In this document: one piece after another, positions 1-13,200 of the stretch
Layout of the letters: each line of letters opens with the position of its first letter
How positions within the stretch are numbered: position 1 is the first letter of the stretch
Made by a program: the position numbers and the translations under genes
Assembly: GCA_030141605.1 (NCBI GenBank)
Contig: JAQGDQ010000909.1
Location: 1-64,000 of the forward strand
DNA from: Tubiluchus corallicola
Taxonomy: Eukaryota; Animalia; Priapulida
DNA: 64,000 bases
Reading direction: 5' to 3'
Notes under the pieces: generated by a model
Database searches by the model: none
What the model was told of the DNA's origin: nothing
Seen by the model: the letters and a program-made list of their open reading frames with translations, nothing else

Positions 1-953
1 ATGGTGAGGAATGTGTCAGGTACATTGCCAAGTGGTGAGGCATGTGTCAGGTACATTGCCAGATGGTGAGGAATGTGTCAGGTACATTGCCAAGTGGTGA
101 GGAATGTCAGGCACATTGCAGGCGGTGAGGCATGTAGTCAAACACAAGGCACATTGCCAGTGGCAGGAATGTCAGGTACAATTGCAGGAGGAATGTGTCA
201 GGTACATTGCCAGGTGGTGAGACATGTGTCAGCATTGCCGGCGGAGGTATGTCAGGCATTACTGCCAGGTGGTGAGGCATGCGTCAGGCATTTCCCTAGC
301 GGTGAGGCACGTGTCAGGTACATTGCCAGGTGGCGAGGCATGTGTCAGGTACATTGCCAGGTGGTGAGACATGTGTCAGGTACATTGCCAGGTGGTGAGG
401 CATGTGTCAGGTACATTGCCAGGTGGTGAGGCACGTGTCAGGTACTTGCCAAGTGGTGAGGCACGTGTCAGGTACATTGCCAGGTGGCGAGGCATGTGTC
501 AGGTACATTGCCAGGTGGTGAGACATGTGTCAGGTACATTGCCAGGTGGTGAGGCATGTGTCAGGTACATTGCCAGGTGGTGAGGCATGTGTCAGGTACA
601 TTGCCAGGTGGTGCGGCATGTGTCAGGTACATTGCCAAGTGGTGAGGCATGTGTCAGGTACATTGCCAGGTGGTGAGGCATGTGTCAGGTACATTGCCAG
701 GTGGTGCGGCATGTGTCAGGTACATTGCCAGGTGGTGAGGCATGTGTCAGGTACATTGCCAGGTGGTGAGGCATGTGTCAGGTACATTGCCAGGTGGTGA
801 GGCATGTGTCAGGTACATTGCCAGGTGGTGAGGCATGTGTCAGGTACATTGCCAGGTGGTGAGGCATGTGTCAGGTACATTGCCAGGTGGTGAGGCATGT
901 GTCAGGTACATTGCCAGGTAGTGAGGCATGTGTCAGGTACATTGCCAGGTGGT
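1..953. repeat. 31-bp minisatellite (GGTGGTGAGGCATGTGTCAGGTACATTGCCA)n, about 31 units, runs off window start
   Basis: Unit recurs with period 31 (e.g. tacattgcca at 721 and 752); units at about 60-310 are degenerate. ORFs 73-800 are translations of the repeat. Confidence 0.97.
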
Positions 954-1284
954 GTTAACATTCACTTACTTGACTTCTGGTAGAACAGATTTTGTCCTGG
1001 AGTGGAAAACAGCCAAACAGTGGCCGGCACTTGTAAGAGAATTGTAGTTCACTTCGCCTGCAGTTAAGTCAGCGCTCAACAGATGGCGTGCTTCAATGTC
1101 TGCTTGGTTTGCAACAAACTTGGGAAAAGAAATCGTAATATTCACAACTGATTTGCGCATAGAGTGATGTGTTATGTTTGGTGTTTAATATACATGTACC
1201 TATACACCAGCCTCAACTGGTCAGTTTTTAACACTTGTTTTTGTTTTTGTTTGTTTTACTAATCAATAATCATTATTATTACAG

Positions 1285-1410
1285 GGTTTGGACACGTCGC
1301 AGCCAGTTATTCAAGTTGGTAATCAAGTGTTCACTGGACACTATGAAGATGTTGTTGGTACAGCTGTGTTCTTTTCTGAAAATAATTTCCACATAATTTC
1401 ATCAGCTTAG
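1285..1410 (+). CDS. GTF3C6: Exon resembling RNA polymerase III factor TFIIIC subunit 6 (possibly a pseudogene fragment)
   Basis: After acceptor ttattacag, reads GLDTSQPVIQVGNQVFTGHYEDVVGTAVFFSE, matching from memory the TFIIIC subunit 6 motif (human GIDTERPILQVDSCVFAGEYEDTLGTCVIFEE). In-frame TAG at 1408-1410; upstream exons not seen in window. Confidence 0.62.
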   Translation, partial: GLDTSQPVIQVGNQVFTGHYEDVVGTAVFFSENNFHIISSA

Positions 1411-2371
1411 GAGTCCAAAGAAGATAACAATAAAGCCCAGGACACAATGACTGTGGAAAAATGTCAGATAATTTATATTAATAATTAGCAAACTAATCTT
1501 GGCCATAAAAAAGCTCAGAAACACTATTCAGATAAACAGAAATAATAATAATTTTACCTGGCCATTTTCCATAATTTCAACCAACCGAGACGGTAAGTTT
1601 GAAAACGCAGATGACGCCATATCAGCAACAGCTGTATGTGTAATTAATATCACAGAAACTACAGCAAACAATAATAATGGTAACAACTGGAATTTGGCCA
1701 TGCAGATGAATCTGAAAAATCGAAAAAAGAATGTTTAGACGTGTTCAGACTAGCAAGTTTTCTCACCACGTGACTCGCAAAAGTTGTTCAGATTAGAAAG
1801 CCAAACTTCCTATTCACATCAAGTGCTTTGGCCATATCAAACAGTACGATATGAACAGAGTAATCGGTAGTGGAGATGATTTTTTTTCGTTAGGAGTTTA
1901 AAGCAAAGAACTAAGTCACCTGTGTTCCTCTCCTTGTTTATATATATATAAACATATATATGGCTGATATGCTGCTACTGTTATAAACACACAACACAGG
2001 AACACAAGATTACAACTCCGTCCACTGACTTACCCAACATCAGAATGTTTACCTAAACAGTATCAAAGCAGTACGGGAAATCATCAGAATCGGAACTTCC
2101 AAATTCCAAAGACGCAAATTTATGCCAAAGCATTGACCAAGGCTAAGGATTCTGCGAACATCGTCCGCTGTTTCAGATCTGTTATTAATGGGTTGCCTCT
2201 GTATAAACGAGATTACCTTGCTACCTGTGATAATGATACTACCACATAGAGACAGCTTGTGTAGGGCAGAAGATAATAATCATCAGCACGTTTGCAGAAC
2301 ATCTCAGGATGTGACGACGGCGAAGATGATGTTGTATTACTTGCTGACTCAATAAAATTATTATTACAAAA

Positions 2372-2372
2372 A

Positions 2373-2447
<75 letters not shown>
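2372..2447. repeat. (ATT)n microsatellite
   Basis: Direct inspection. Confidence 0.95.
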
Positions 2448-2448
<1 letters not shown>

Positions 2449-4246
2449 AGTAAATTAAATATTATTGATGATGTAGTAAATTATACAACCGACATCATAG
2501 CATTACATCACCAAAGTTATTTATTACTCAGCTCATGATACCTCTGATATGAATTATGCTATTATACAATTTAACTTTTTCCATAATAATTATTATTTTT
2601 GCAAACTACCTTCTATTTATAGTATCAAGCAAGTGCATGACTTCATTTTTGCAACAATACTCAGTACCGTTGTCGGGAACTTGGGCATTTTTTGCTTTAA
2701 TATTCTGGACTGGTGCTTAAATTTGGCAACAAGTTCGAATACGTAATTCCCGTTCCAGACTCGGCCGAAATAAATACAAAATTGCAAATACTGTATCTTT
2801 TTACTTGTATTTTTTTGAACTGATGAGCACAGCGGTAAATTGGAAATTTGAATTTTTATATTAAAACTTACCAAGTTTTAGTACAACACATTCAATATCT
2901 CACAGTAGCACTGTACCTCAAATTCAATTACAACGGTTGATGCTCACCCCCTACCAAGCTGTTACCTCCTGTGGAGGCTACAGTTGCTGAAATAATCGGG
3001 TTATTCTTGTTAATCTTCTAGCTGGTCTGACTTCTTTTTCTTTAGGGTTATTTTGCTGAAGGTTTTAATAATAATGCTGCTTTTACTGTTAGAAGTGCTC
3101 GCTTGTCATTTTTTTACCCATGGTTAGCAGTTACAGTACATGTAAAACTGCAAAAGTTTGACAGAGCTGAAGTTCTCGTATCGGCTCAGGATTGCAGGTT
3201 TTATTTTTGTTTGAACAAAGATGTGTGCAAGAATTTAGCCGGAAGTTGTGTGCATCTACAAGTTGCTTTGCGTAAAAAGGCAAGAAAGAAGAAAATAATT
3301 GAATTTTGATTCTAAATCACTTAATTCTAATAGATCCTTGGTGTAAGCGGCCAATGACCTACCCTTTTTTACAGATTTTCTAACGAAGTGAGTATATTAA
3401 CTCAAAACCAGAGTTGCTATTTAATTTTAAATAACGATTATTTTAATAATGCAATGGAAACAGGCTGTTTTTATTACAAGGTCTACTAGTGAGTTTATTA
3501 CTTTGCAACACCTATGTCGTAATTTAAATCGCTTTAAATGATATTTTAATATACATTAAATATTAATGTTCAAGGCTTTGTTGTGTGGTTATTTGTTGAA
3601 GAGGAGAAACATCATATCGCAGAGAATATAGTTTATTGAAGTGCAAAAACATCCGTAATATTAACGCAAAGCAGTGAACTACTAAAGCAAGAGCAAATAC
3701 ATGCAGTTACAGGACAAGTCATAACTAACTTCTCAACTATCCACTGCAGTGCTCTGACACTGCTTGCATTCGTTTTAATAAGCTATTATTAGAAAATCTA
3801 TTTTTAGATTTAACATCAATTCTCTTCTTAGTATTGACTTATGCTGACTTGCTTCATTTGCTGACTTGCTACTCAATGGTCAGGTAGTAATATTGCAAGA
3901 TAACTGTACAAGCTGGAGTAATGTAATCTGATTCAGAAGCGCGCCAGTGCTTATGGCAGAACGGATGAATTTACATGTTTGTGGTTCTTATTTTAGCATA
4001 CCGGTTCAGGGTTAACTAACATTATATCGGATACAGACGGTGTTTTATATTGCTAACTTTAAGCAATTAATTCTGCAGTAATAATTTTATGAAAAATTTT
4101 ATTTTACAAAATAATAAAATATTTGAAAAATTAGCAAATATAAAATATTTGCTCTTAATCCTATCACTATTATTTTGATCTATTTTTGGTTTAGAGTAAA
4201 AATTAAAGTTCCCCCCACAGAAATTAGTTCGGGAGGCAAACTAATA

Positions 4247-4312
4247 GGGTTGGGGTTAGTGTTATGGTTGGGATTAGGGTTAGTGACGGCTTGTGGTTAG
4301 GGTTAGGGTTAG
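4247..4312 (+). repeat. Short degenerate TTAGGG-like tract
   Basis: gggttggggttagtgttatggttgggattagggttag...ggttagggttagggttag. Confidence 0.6.
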
Positions 4313-5215
4313 AGTATTTAAACTGTGTGGGATTTTGTAACCTCCTTCCCTGCCTTATTGTAAAATTGAACTTAAACAAGCATAGTGCATGGCATTTTGC
4401 ACCCAGTAGAAATAGGTTTGAGGTTAGTGAAAATTATTAAAGTCTTTAAACTTTTTTAAATCTAAAAATGACTGCAGAACGTGGTGTAAAACATTGTTTC
4501 CGTTCGGACTTGTAAATTTATAAAATGTTTGGTTCTTAGCACGGACTGGAATGCATACCATCATCATTTTCTACATCTACAAAAGTTAACAAAATGAGAA
4601 AAACAGTAACTGTGGCAGAGATGATGCCTGTCAGAAATGAATTCTGATTAAGATTAATCGTGTAATATGTATAACAAACAGCAAAAATGATTACGTAGAA
4701 AAATGAATTATTTAGGCATAATATGCTGTCGATTGGTAATTAATGACACCATCACCAATATTAACTTTGCAGAAAATATATAAAGTAAATTTGTAAGATT
4801 GCTTGCATATGTCACAACTAAACTAAGCATTACAAGCTATAAATGAATTATAAATCTAAACAATTTATGAAAACGAGTTAATTATTAATTATTTACTTTA
4901 ATCACTATTGAAGCAATTCTTGTTAACGTTTTTGCAAACCCGATTATAACTCCTTTATTGATGTAATTATAACTCTGTTATTGATGTTGTCGTTAATGTG
5001 GCATCCAGATTTCAATCAAATAATATCTTTTCTCTTCTTCATTCTCACAAACTGTTCCTGCATAATTAGACTCGCATTCTGGTAGAATACGTACCTAAAG
5101 TCTGTTGTTTATGACATCATTCATTTTGACGTGATTACGATAGCAACAGTTGCCAGTCACTAAGCATAAACTGACTGTTAGTTTGCAGAAGGTTTAACGT
5201 GAGAAAGTTCAATTA

Positions 5216-8068
5216 ATGCCGATGAAGAACCAACAAATCTTTATCACATTTTCACTTCTTGCTGCGATTAATGTGCTCAGCATTGGAAGTAGAAATGCAA
5301 ACTTTAGTCTTCGATCTAATAAACGAATAAAGCGGATTAGCATAACCTTTTGGACAACGCTACTTGACGACAAATGTAAGAAATGGATTGACAAAAATGT
5401 TCGAGTTATCTGCGATGTGAAAATACTTAACTGCGAAAAGTGGAAAAAGTTAAAAAAGAATATCCTGGGATTTGGCAATCGTAAGGTGGATGATTTTATT
5501 ATGTCAAATTTAGAAAATGGTGATTTACCGGCAAAGAGCTTTTTAGAAGGCTTGGAGATTGTAAAAGTTCAACTGCGTAATTTTAAAAATATCACCAGAA
5601 TTGGAAAACACTTTCTGAATGCAACGTCAGTCAAAATACTTAGAATTGCGGGTTTCGCACAGCTACAGTACATATACGAATTTTCATTTGCTAATTTACT
5701 ATCTTTGCGTGAACTTTTCATTGAAGATTGTCCATTGTTTTTCACGACTAAACATACTCCACCATTCTTTTTTCGCAATCAGAAATGGCTTCAGCGCATA
5801 CACGTAGCAAACACTAGTCTTACAACAATGAAAATGCCACTCCTTTACTCTGAAGACATCATAAAAAATATCAGCCTTTACTTCGATGCAAATCCTCTAA
5901 TTTGTCAATGTAGGACGGAATGGATGGTGTTGGAACCTTGGAAAAAAAAAGAAATATACTGTGATCAAATGCCTTATGCAGAAGGAAAGGCAAGAAAAAA
6001 GATCGGAACAATTGAGTACAAACCTGAAGACTTCTGTATTCCTTGGGTCCGTGCAAACGTTCCTGGGAGGGAGGCTATTCATCCAGGTTGTACTAGTTAC
6101 GATCGTCGTAAGAAAGTTGTTTGTAGTGACATGAAAATTAATGGCACGATGATGCAGCAGCTGTTTGACAAGCTTCAACGGTATTTGGTTCGCAAGATAG
6201 ATAGTTTTATTTTGAGCAACTGCAAAAACGAGGAACTACCAGAAGACTTTTTATATGGCTTTGCTATTGTTAATCTTACAATGAAACAATTTGATAACGT
6301 TTCCAAACTTAAAAAGTACTTTCTAAAGGCAAGAAGCGTTTACAGAATTAAAATCAACAATTTTCCAAAGTTGGAGGTTATTGATGAATATGCATTTGCT
6401 GGGTTAAACTTGCTCGAACTTGAAATCAAAGACTGCCCAATGGTTCAGCAATTGAAATTACAACTGCGGGGTGGTGAACTGCTCAATCACTTGCTTATAG
6501 AGGGCACTAGTATCACAACACTAGACAGGCCAACATTTGACAGAAAAGTTTCTGTTAATATGAACATTCACATTTTGAGAAATCCTATAATTTGTAATTG
6601 CCGGATCGCGTGGGTGTTAAGTGAAGTCTGGAAAAGATCTGAAGTACAATGCAAACATCTCCCTAATGCAATACTAAAAGAAAATGGGCCAGTTAGTACG
6701 GATAAATTGAATGCTATAGACATTTGTCCACCCGGAAAATGCAGTTTTGAGAGAACAACTTGTTTAGTCTTGTCACAACTGCCCTGCAAACAGATTTGTG
6801 GTGGTGCACGCATTTCAAAAATCTCTGATAGCAAAATAAATTCCAGCAGATTGATAGATATTGCAAATAACATGACAAACGGTCCGTCAGAACTAAAAAT
6901 TTATTTTTACCAAGAAGAAAGGTTGCCAAGCAAGTTTCTTGATAAAAAAAATGTTACAGCACTAATATTTGAAAAATCTGCATTTGTCTGTCTGTTTGAG
7001 AATGATCTCCCACCCAGCCTTGAATACTTCACTGTAAACTACAGCAAAGAATTAAAGGAAGTGCATTACAATGCTTTCTATCGGTTAAAGCGTTTGAAAG
7101 CAGTGAGCTTTATTGCCTGTGAAGCATTGGAGACAGCTAACTTGGATCTTCGAAATAGTCCCTTGATCAATTCCATCATCTTTGCTCAGGAATCAACAAT
7201 CAAACACATGTCAATGCCAGTTCTGCATCCAGACGTTAATACCAACAACGTGAATTTCACTCTGACTGGAAGTAGGCTGGTTTGTGACTGTGAAATGTAC
7301 TGGATGTTTCAGGTTAGCTGGGCTTCCAGAGAAGTTGACTGTTATGAACCTAAAATACCTCATACAGTGATGACTATTGATATGATTGAATGCGATCAGC
7401 CACCTACAACAACCGTAAGACCTCCCAGCGAAACGTGCAGTATCAGTGTGAGCAGTTGCACCATATTCTCTGAAGATCCTTGTGAACTTTACTGTGGACA
7501 ACTTGGAGTAATTGATCATCAGGCGATGCAACAAATATCAACAGAGATTAAAATGTACATGTATGGATTAGTTATCTTCAACTATGTGGGAAATCGGCTT
7601 CCTGGAGAGTTCCTGAAAGGAAAACATATCACGAAACTGACACTGCAAGAATCGTTTGTAACGACTCTGGAGGAAAAGGACATACATGGCAAAATCGAAC
7701 ATTTTGTGATGAGCGCCAATCCTTTCCTTGTGTCAATTCATCCAAAAGCATTTTTTCGTGTGGATCTTTTGAAGACAATTTCGTTTCTCTCTTGCACTCA
7801 GTTGACAACAGCTAATCTGGATCTCTCAAATAATTACAAAATTAGTCAAATCACATTTGGAATTTCAAAAATACAGCACATGTCTATGCCTGTCCTACAT
7901 AATGACACTAAACCCGAGAACGTAAAATTCCAACTCTTGGAAAGCAGACTCGTTTGTAACTGTGATGCTCAGTGGATGCTGCAGATTAATTGGCAGCAGT
8001 CTATTGTCGATTGTTGGGAGCCAAATGTAAATCATGCAGATCTAAAATTGAAAAATTTTAATTGTTGA
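5216..8068 (+). CDS. Intronless 950-aa secreted-type LRR protein with four tandem capped LRR modules
   Basis: Single open ORF with hydrophobic N-terminus (IFITFSLLAAINVLSIG), LRR motifs (LPxxFL, IxxxAF, ANLDL), four C-caps (NPLICQCRTEW, NPIICNCRIAW, SRLVCDCEMYW, SRLVCNCDAQW) and a P/T linker QPPTTTVRPPSET. No TM or TIR domain visible. Confidence 0.9.
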   Translation: MPMKNQQIFITFSLLAAINVLSIGSRNANFSLRSNKRIKRISITFWTTLLDDKCKKWIDKNVRVICDVKILNCEKWKKLKKNILGFGNRKVDDFIMSNLENGDLPAKSFLEGLEIVKVQLRNFKNITRIGKHFLNATSVKILRIAGFAQLQYIYEFSFANLLSLRELFIEDCPLFFTTKHTPPFFFRNQKWLQRIHVANTSLTTMKMPLLYSEDIIKNISLYFDANPLICQCRTEWMVLEPWKKKEIYCDQMPYAEGKARKKIGTIEYKPEDFCIPWVRANVPGREAIHPGCTSYDRRKKVVCSDMKINGTMMQQLFDKLQRYLVRKIDSFILSNCKNEELPEDFLYGFAIVNLTMKQFDNVSKLKKYFLKARSVYRIKINNFPKLEVIDEYAFAGLNLLELEIKDCPMVQQLKLQLRGGELLNHLLIEGTSITTLDRPTFDRKVSVNMNIHILRNPIICNCRIAWVLSEVWKRSEVQCKHLPNAILKENGPVSTDKLNAIDICPPGKCSFERTTCLVLSQLPCKQICGGARISKISDSKINSSRLIDIANNMTNGPSELKIYFYQEERLPSKFLDKKNVTALIFEKSAFVCLFENDLPPSLEYFTVNYSKELKEVHYNAFYRLKRLKAVSFIACEALETANLDLRNSPLINSIIFAQESTIKHMSMPVLHPDVNTNNVNFTLTGSRLVCDCEMYWMFQVSWASREVDCYEPKIPHTVMTIDMIECDQPPTTTVRPPSETCSISVSSCTIFSEDPCELYCGQLGVIDHQAMQQISTEIKMYMYGLVIFNYVGNRLPGEFLKGKHITKLTLQESFVTTLEEKDIHGKIEHFVMSANPFLVSIHPKAFFRVDLLKTISFLSCTQLTTANLDLSNNYKISQITFGISKIQHMSMPVLHNDTKPENVKFQLLESRLVCNCDAQWMLQINWQQSIVDCWEPNVNHADLKLKNFNC

Positions 8069-10216
8069 TTAACAAGAAAAGTTTCAGCCAGAACCCCTGT
8101 TAAGTCTTGAAGTTTTAATCATATGATAGTGTGGAATCTGTTCCTAATGTCTATAGGCTTATATATATACTAGTTTCTACTAGCCAAGTGAAATTTTATC
8201 GTTACTTGTTACAATTTGTTTTTGTATTTTTAGTAAATACACATTATGATTGTTGTAATTTTGTAATTTGTAATTTATTACCATTTCAGCTTGTATTTTT
8301 CTATTACAATTTGCATTATTATCTTTAACTATTATGCCCTATAATTAGAAAATGAAATATAGTTACATTAATTGTAACAGAACTACATTAGTATACTATA
8401 GCATGATATAGTTAGGGAAAAATTTCAAATATAATTACAAAAATTTAACAGAAGTATACTAACATAGTTACTAAACTACATAATAGTTTGTCAACAAGAA
8501 ATAGATGCTGCATGGTGGTCAAGAAGCAAAGCTTGTAAGACCACCAGGAAAAGTAAAAAAAAATGGCTTAATTTACAGGAGAGAGAATTATAGAAAAACA
8601 GGGAGTAGTTAAGGTAGAATAATAGACAGAGATAGAGAAGAAGAGAAAAGAAGTGAATTAGAAAGAAGTTCAGAAGTTCTGTTACTGTTAGCAGGTGCGA
8701 ATTGACAACTGAATTGTTATAATTCATGTGAAACTCCTTAAATCGCCTTAAAAAATTATATGACGTCATAGCAAGTTTATGCGTATATCTTACTCGCACT
8801 GAAAGGAATTTTAGTTTGTTTTCATTTTAAATCTCCCGCAATACTGTTCCGAAGTCGCCATTACATGACGTCATGCACCAAACGTAAATGAAGGGAAAAA
8901 GGCAATGTTAAATTATATCTCAAAAGACTTTCCGTGCAAATCTATATTACTTAGATTTTCGCTTACCTACTAGAAAGACTTATGTAACTAGAAAAGCAAT
9001 TATTAATTATTTAAAATGTTTTCACTAGTTGGTAAAATGTCGCTGACTCACCCTCCAGGGTGCACAACTCAATAACAAAAAACGTATTTTTAATCTTATT
9101 GACAAGATACAGTAATTTTAAATTTTATTTAGTTAGTGACTTGTGTGCTACGAATGCTCTGATTATTTTTCCAAACTTTACACAATGTTATCTAAACATG
9201 TTTCAAACGTCTTATCATCAAAATGGCCGCGTTTAACAGTCATTGCAGAAGCTTAAATTTACATGTTTTACACAGCGTGACTTCCGATTGAAGTTCTGCA
9301 CGCAAAAAGGTAGTATGTAAGTGATATAAAATTTCAAAACGAATTTCTTAAGCTTTATGTTTATGAAGGGTTTTCTTGTGCTTTAAACAAGAATGGTATT
9401 AGAATACATCCTTCTCAAATAAAATATTTACTACACATTGTTGGAAATTTTAGGTTTTAGCATTTGACGAATGTGCAGCGTTACACATTAAAATAAAGTT
9501 TTCTGGTGTCGTATTTTCCTTATACTGATACACACTATTTATAGAAGTGCCAGAGTCGAGACACTATTAAATCATCAGCTCTATGTTTGCAGCGTCATCT
9601 GTGAGCAATTTGTGAAAATGTTAGTCAGTATTCAGAAAATGCGCTTCTATAGAATTGTTGTTGGCATTTCTCTAGTTTCACTTATTCGTTCTACTAATAT
9701 AGATTTGTTTTGCGCCATTTAAAGAATTTGAAAAGTGTAAGAGGGTTATGCAATGAAAAACATTAAAGCGCACTTCATAAAAAAGCTTGAAAAATTCGTT
9801 TTGAAATGTTGCGTCACTTACATGTTGTTCTGTTGCATACTGCTTGCATCACTGATGTGCAAAACTGAGTTCAATGAAATCGCTTGAAACAAGTAAATCG
9901 CTTGAAACAAGTTTAGACAACATTATGAAATGTTTATAAAATAATCACAGCCTTCATAGCTCACTCTTTGCTAACTAAGCAAGAGATTGAATTGCTTATA
10001 TTGTCGATAAGTTCAACACCGTGTCTTTTTGGTGAGCCAGTGGTGCACACTGGGAAGGCGATACAATGACGTTTAAAGTATAACATCAAAAACATATACA
10101 ATACAGGTCACAATTTGACATATAGAATCGAAACGTTATTGAAAAAGTTGCTAAATTATTTTATAGTCATCTACAGTTTGCTGATATCTTTACTTGTCTT
10201 CGAAGATTCGTAGAAG

Positions 10217-13200
10217 TTATTGACAAAGTGCACTACAACTGATAATTTTATCACTCATAAAACTTAAGAGAGAAAAATACCTACAAACGTTAGTAAAACA
10301 CCCACAGGTGTGATTTATACGTGTGAGAAAAATTCCAATTAAGTAGATGCAAACAAACTGTATTCTTGAAGCCTGAACAGAAGCAGAGTGAGAAACAGGA
10401 TGTAGATTTGCAGGATTTTCAGGATCACAAAACAATGACAGTGGCATTTCGCCTTCATCGTGCTGATAACTTGGTACTTCACAATCAAATAATGAAGCAA
10501 CCCACAGTTCTGATTTCAACCATTTCATGCTGCAGTTGCAATATAACGGACTATCTGAAAAAAACGCGAAATTAAAACCCAAGTAACTGATTTTTCGTTA
10601 AAGAGAATGTGCACAATTCTTAATTTGAAAAAATTCAGCATGACCTTCCGGCTGTTTGAGAACCAGTGGTTTAGTTTATTGGCAGGTGGTCCAACTCGCA
10701 AGAGAGTAAAAATGTTATGAATAGTTCACACTTTGTTAGCTAAACACAATAACAACAACTCAAGACCGACACTTAAGATCCCACTCGTGATTCGAACCCA
10801 TATCTTTTGTCTCAAGGCATGCCCCGTAGAGGTACCTATGAGAAACTGATTCAGTTTCTAAACTACTAACATCTGTGTACTACTACCTCACCGCTCGATT
10901 AGGAGTACTAGTTTGGGAATTGTTGAAGTAAATCTGCTTTAAATAAAGAACAGAAAACCAACAAGTAAAGCCAGGCGTCACAAACTGCTTTGCGAGTTAC
11001 TGTCAGTAAGTTATCACTGACTCTCTGACAGTTGCTGCCAGTTGATTTCCTGTCACGTGTGAACGCTTCGGCAAGTTACTTTCAACATTTCTCGCAGTGA
11101 ATAGTGAAGTGAGAATCAGCTCGCGATTACTGTCGGAGAGTAACTCGAGTCTGAACATGCTCGCAAATTGAATTTACTTGACAAAAAATCTAACTAGTCT
11201 GAATGCACTATTAGAGTCACACAACAGTAATATTGACCAATTGTTTTAATTTGTTTTAACAATTTTAATTGAACAATTTTATCCTTTCGTCATCCTGCAA
11301 ACAGGCTAGTTATCCAGTCTAAAAATTGGAAAATGAACTCACCTGTTAAATGTAGTAATATATCTGTGGGATTTCTTTGTTTGTGAAGTATTGGCTTTTG
11401 CATGTATTGAATGTTTGTCCCTATGAAGATGATTGATGCAATCTTATAGTTGTTGGACAGGTCCAGGTCTGCATTTACTAGCTGTTTACAATCAGTGATG
11501 ATTATCTGTTTTACTTTATAAACCTAAGGCTTTTGGATGAATTGCCTTTAACTTGTCATTATGAGAAATCGTTATGCTTGATTCGATATGACCATACATT
11601 GCATTTGCTCCTAATTCTTCTAAATCAGACTGCATGATAGTCAACTCAGCCACGTATTTTTTATCAAGAAATTTTGCAGGCAGCTGCTTCGACTTGTAAT
11701 TCAAAATGTTAAGCGTCTCCATTTCGCATGGCAACACCTTCCAAATCAAAGTTAGTTTTTCCTCGAACAGCTGTGCATCAAGCTCACCACATACAACATT
11801 GCATTCACCAAGTGCAGACCACGCCTTTGAGTCCCAAGACCTGCATTCTGCCATGGGAACATCACATGGATAAAATGAGACACTTGTTGGCGTTACTGGA
11901 GGCGGTATCAGTGTGCTTGTTGTTGCATCACATTGTGCGATGTCTGCATTAGAAAGCCACCTATTTGAGCATTCCTCTTTGCAACGAAGCCATCCCCCAA
12001 CAGGTGGAACAATCCTGCAGTCGTATTTGTAACAATATGAGCATTTAACAGTAGAATCTTTCCAATTTCTGCCTCGTGCCCAGAAGAGAGTGCATCCACA
12101 TGGAACAGAATTGCCTGAAAAAATATTGTAGTGATATACAATTGTTGGATTCCCTAAAAATTGAAGATACCTCTTAAAAAACAACATGCTCCCTTCAAAA
12201 GCTTTTGTTGCTTACCTGCTAATTCTAGTGAAATTAACTGGGATGGCCTGGACGGGTGCAGCTTTGGCATATCCAGGTGTTCCAGTCCTGTTTTTCTTAT
12301 GTCAATCTTACTTATCATCAAATTGTTTGATAAATCTAGATTTGCTGTTTTTAGTTTTGGACAAGTGTAGATTATGATTCGTTTGACGGTGTTTATTCGT
12401 TCAAATGCCTTGGGAAAAATTTTTGTTAACTTTTGGAGACGTTTCAACTTTATTGCTTCATTAACGGTGCCATAAATTGATGCATCGTTAAGTTGCTCAA
12501 TTTCGGAATCCACAATTTCAAGTTCATCAACGTTCTTTGAATTCAAGAAATTTCTAGGCAGTTCCTTGCCTTGGTAATTAGCAATACAAAAGCGTCGTGT
12601 CCAGTAAGGCAGTGAACTTAATATCAGTGTCAGATCAGCTGCTTAGATTTTTTCGTAATAACCGCAAGCAACAAAACATCCTCCTCGTTCATCCAGGAAT
12701 TCCACTACAATACATCGGTGAAGTTCGATTCCACAGTCTGCCTTCATGCATCCAATAAATTCTCCAATTTGTATTTCGTTTATCGTATGCTTTCTCGGCG
12801 GTGTCTCACAGTCAATTTGTGAATCTCTCCAGTTTCTGGTTTTTGTCCACTCCATGCTGCAATTACAGTACAGTGGATTATCTGAAAGTGGAAGATCACG
12901 GATTAGAATATTGTAATTGTAAAGTGGCTACTTTTGCTCAAAGCTTCCTTTTTTTATCTGCAAAGCATAAACAGGTTGAGGTGTTTCGAAACTAAAAACA
13001 ACTTTCAACTCCTAGATTCAGTACTTCTTTCTGATTGGCCAACTCTAATATTTCTCGTTACCCTCAGCCAGGTCACCATTCCACGAATGTACACAAATTT
13101 CGTTATTCATTAGTTGTTAGTTGAGTGTTGATTGGGCTCGTGACTCCCAAACAAAAAGCGAGCTTCTCTTACACTAATACACCCAGCAAAAATATCCACG

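Noticed and set aside
73-800. Repetitive Cys/His-containing ORFs
   Set aside because: Translations of the 31-bp minisatellite cycling through frames.
966-1160. Minus-strand ORF ending at a gtaagt donor-like site
   Set aside because: Could be an exon, but the peptide is unrecognisable and no partner exons are visible.
1990-2360. Possible Penelope GIY-YIG remnant (STFAEHL) before the (ATT)n tract
   Set aside because: Only a 7-residue resemblance with no continuous frame.
10780-10830. tRNA/SINE B-box (GGTTCGAATC on minus strand); similar at about 25975
   Set aside because: No A-box or cloverleaf could be built; at most a SINE relic.
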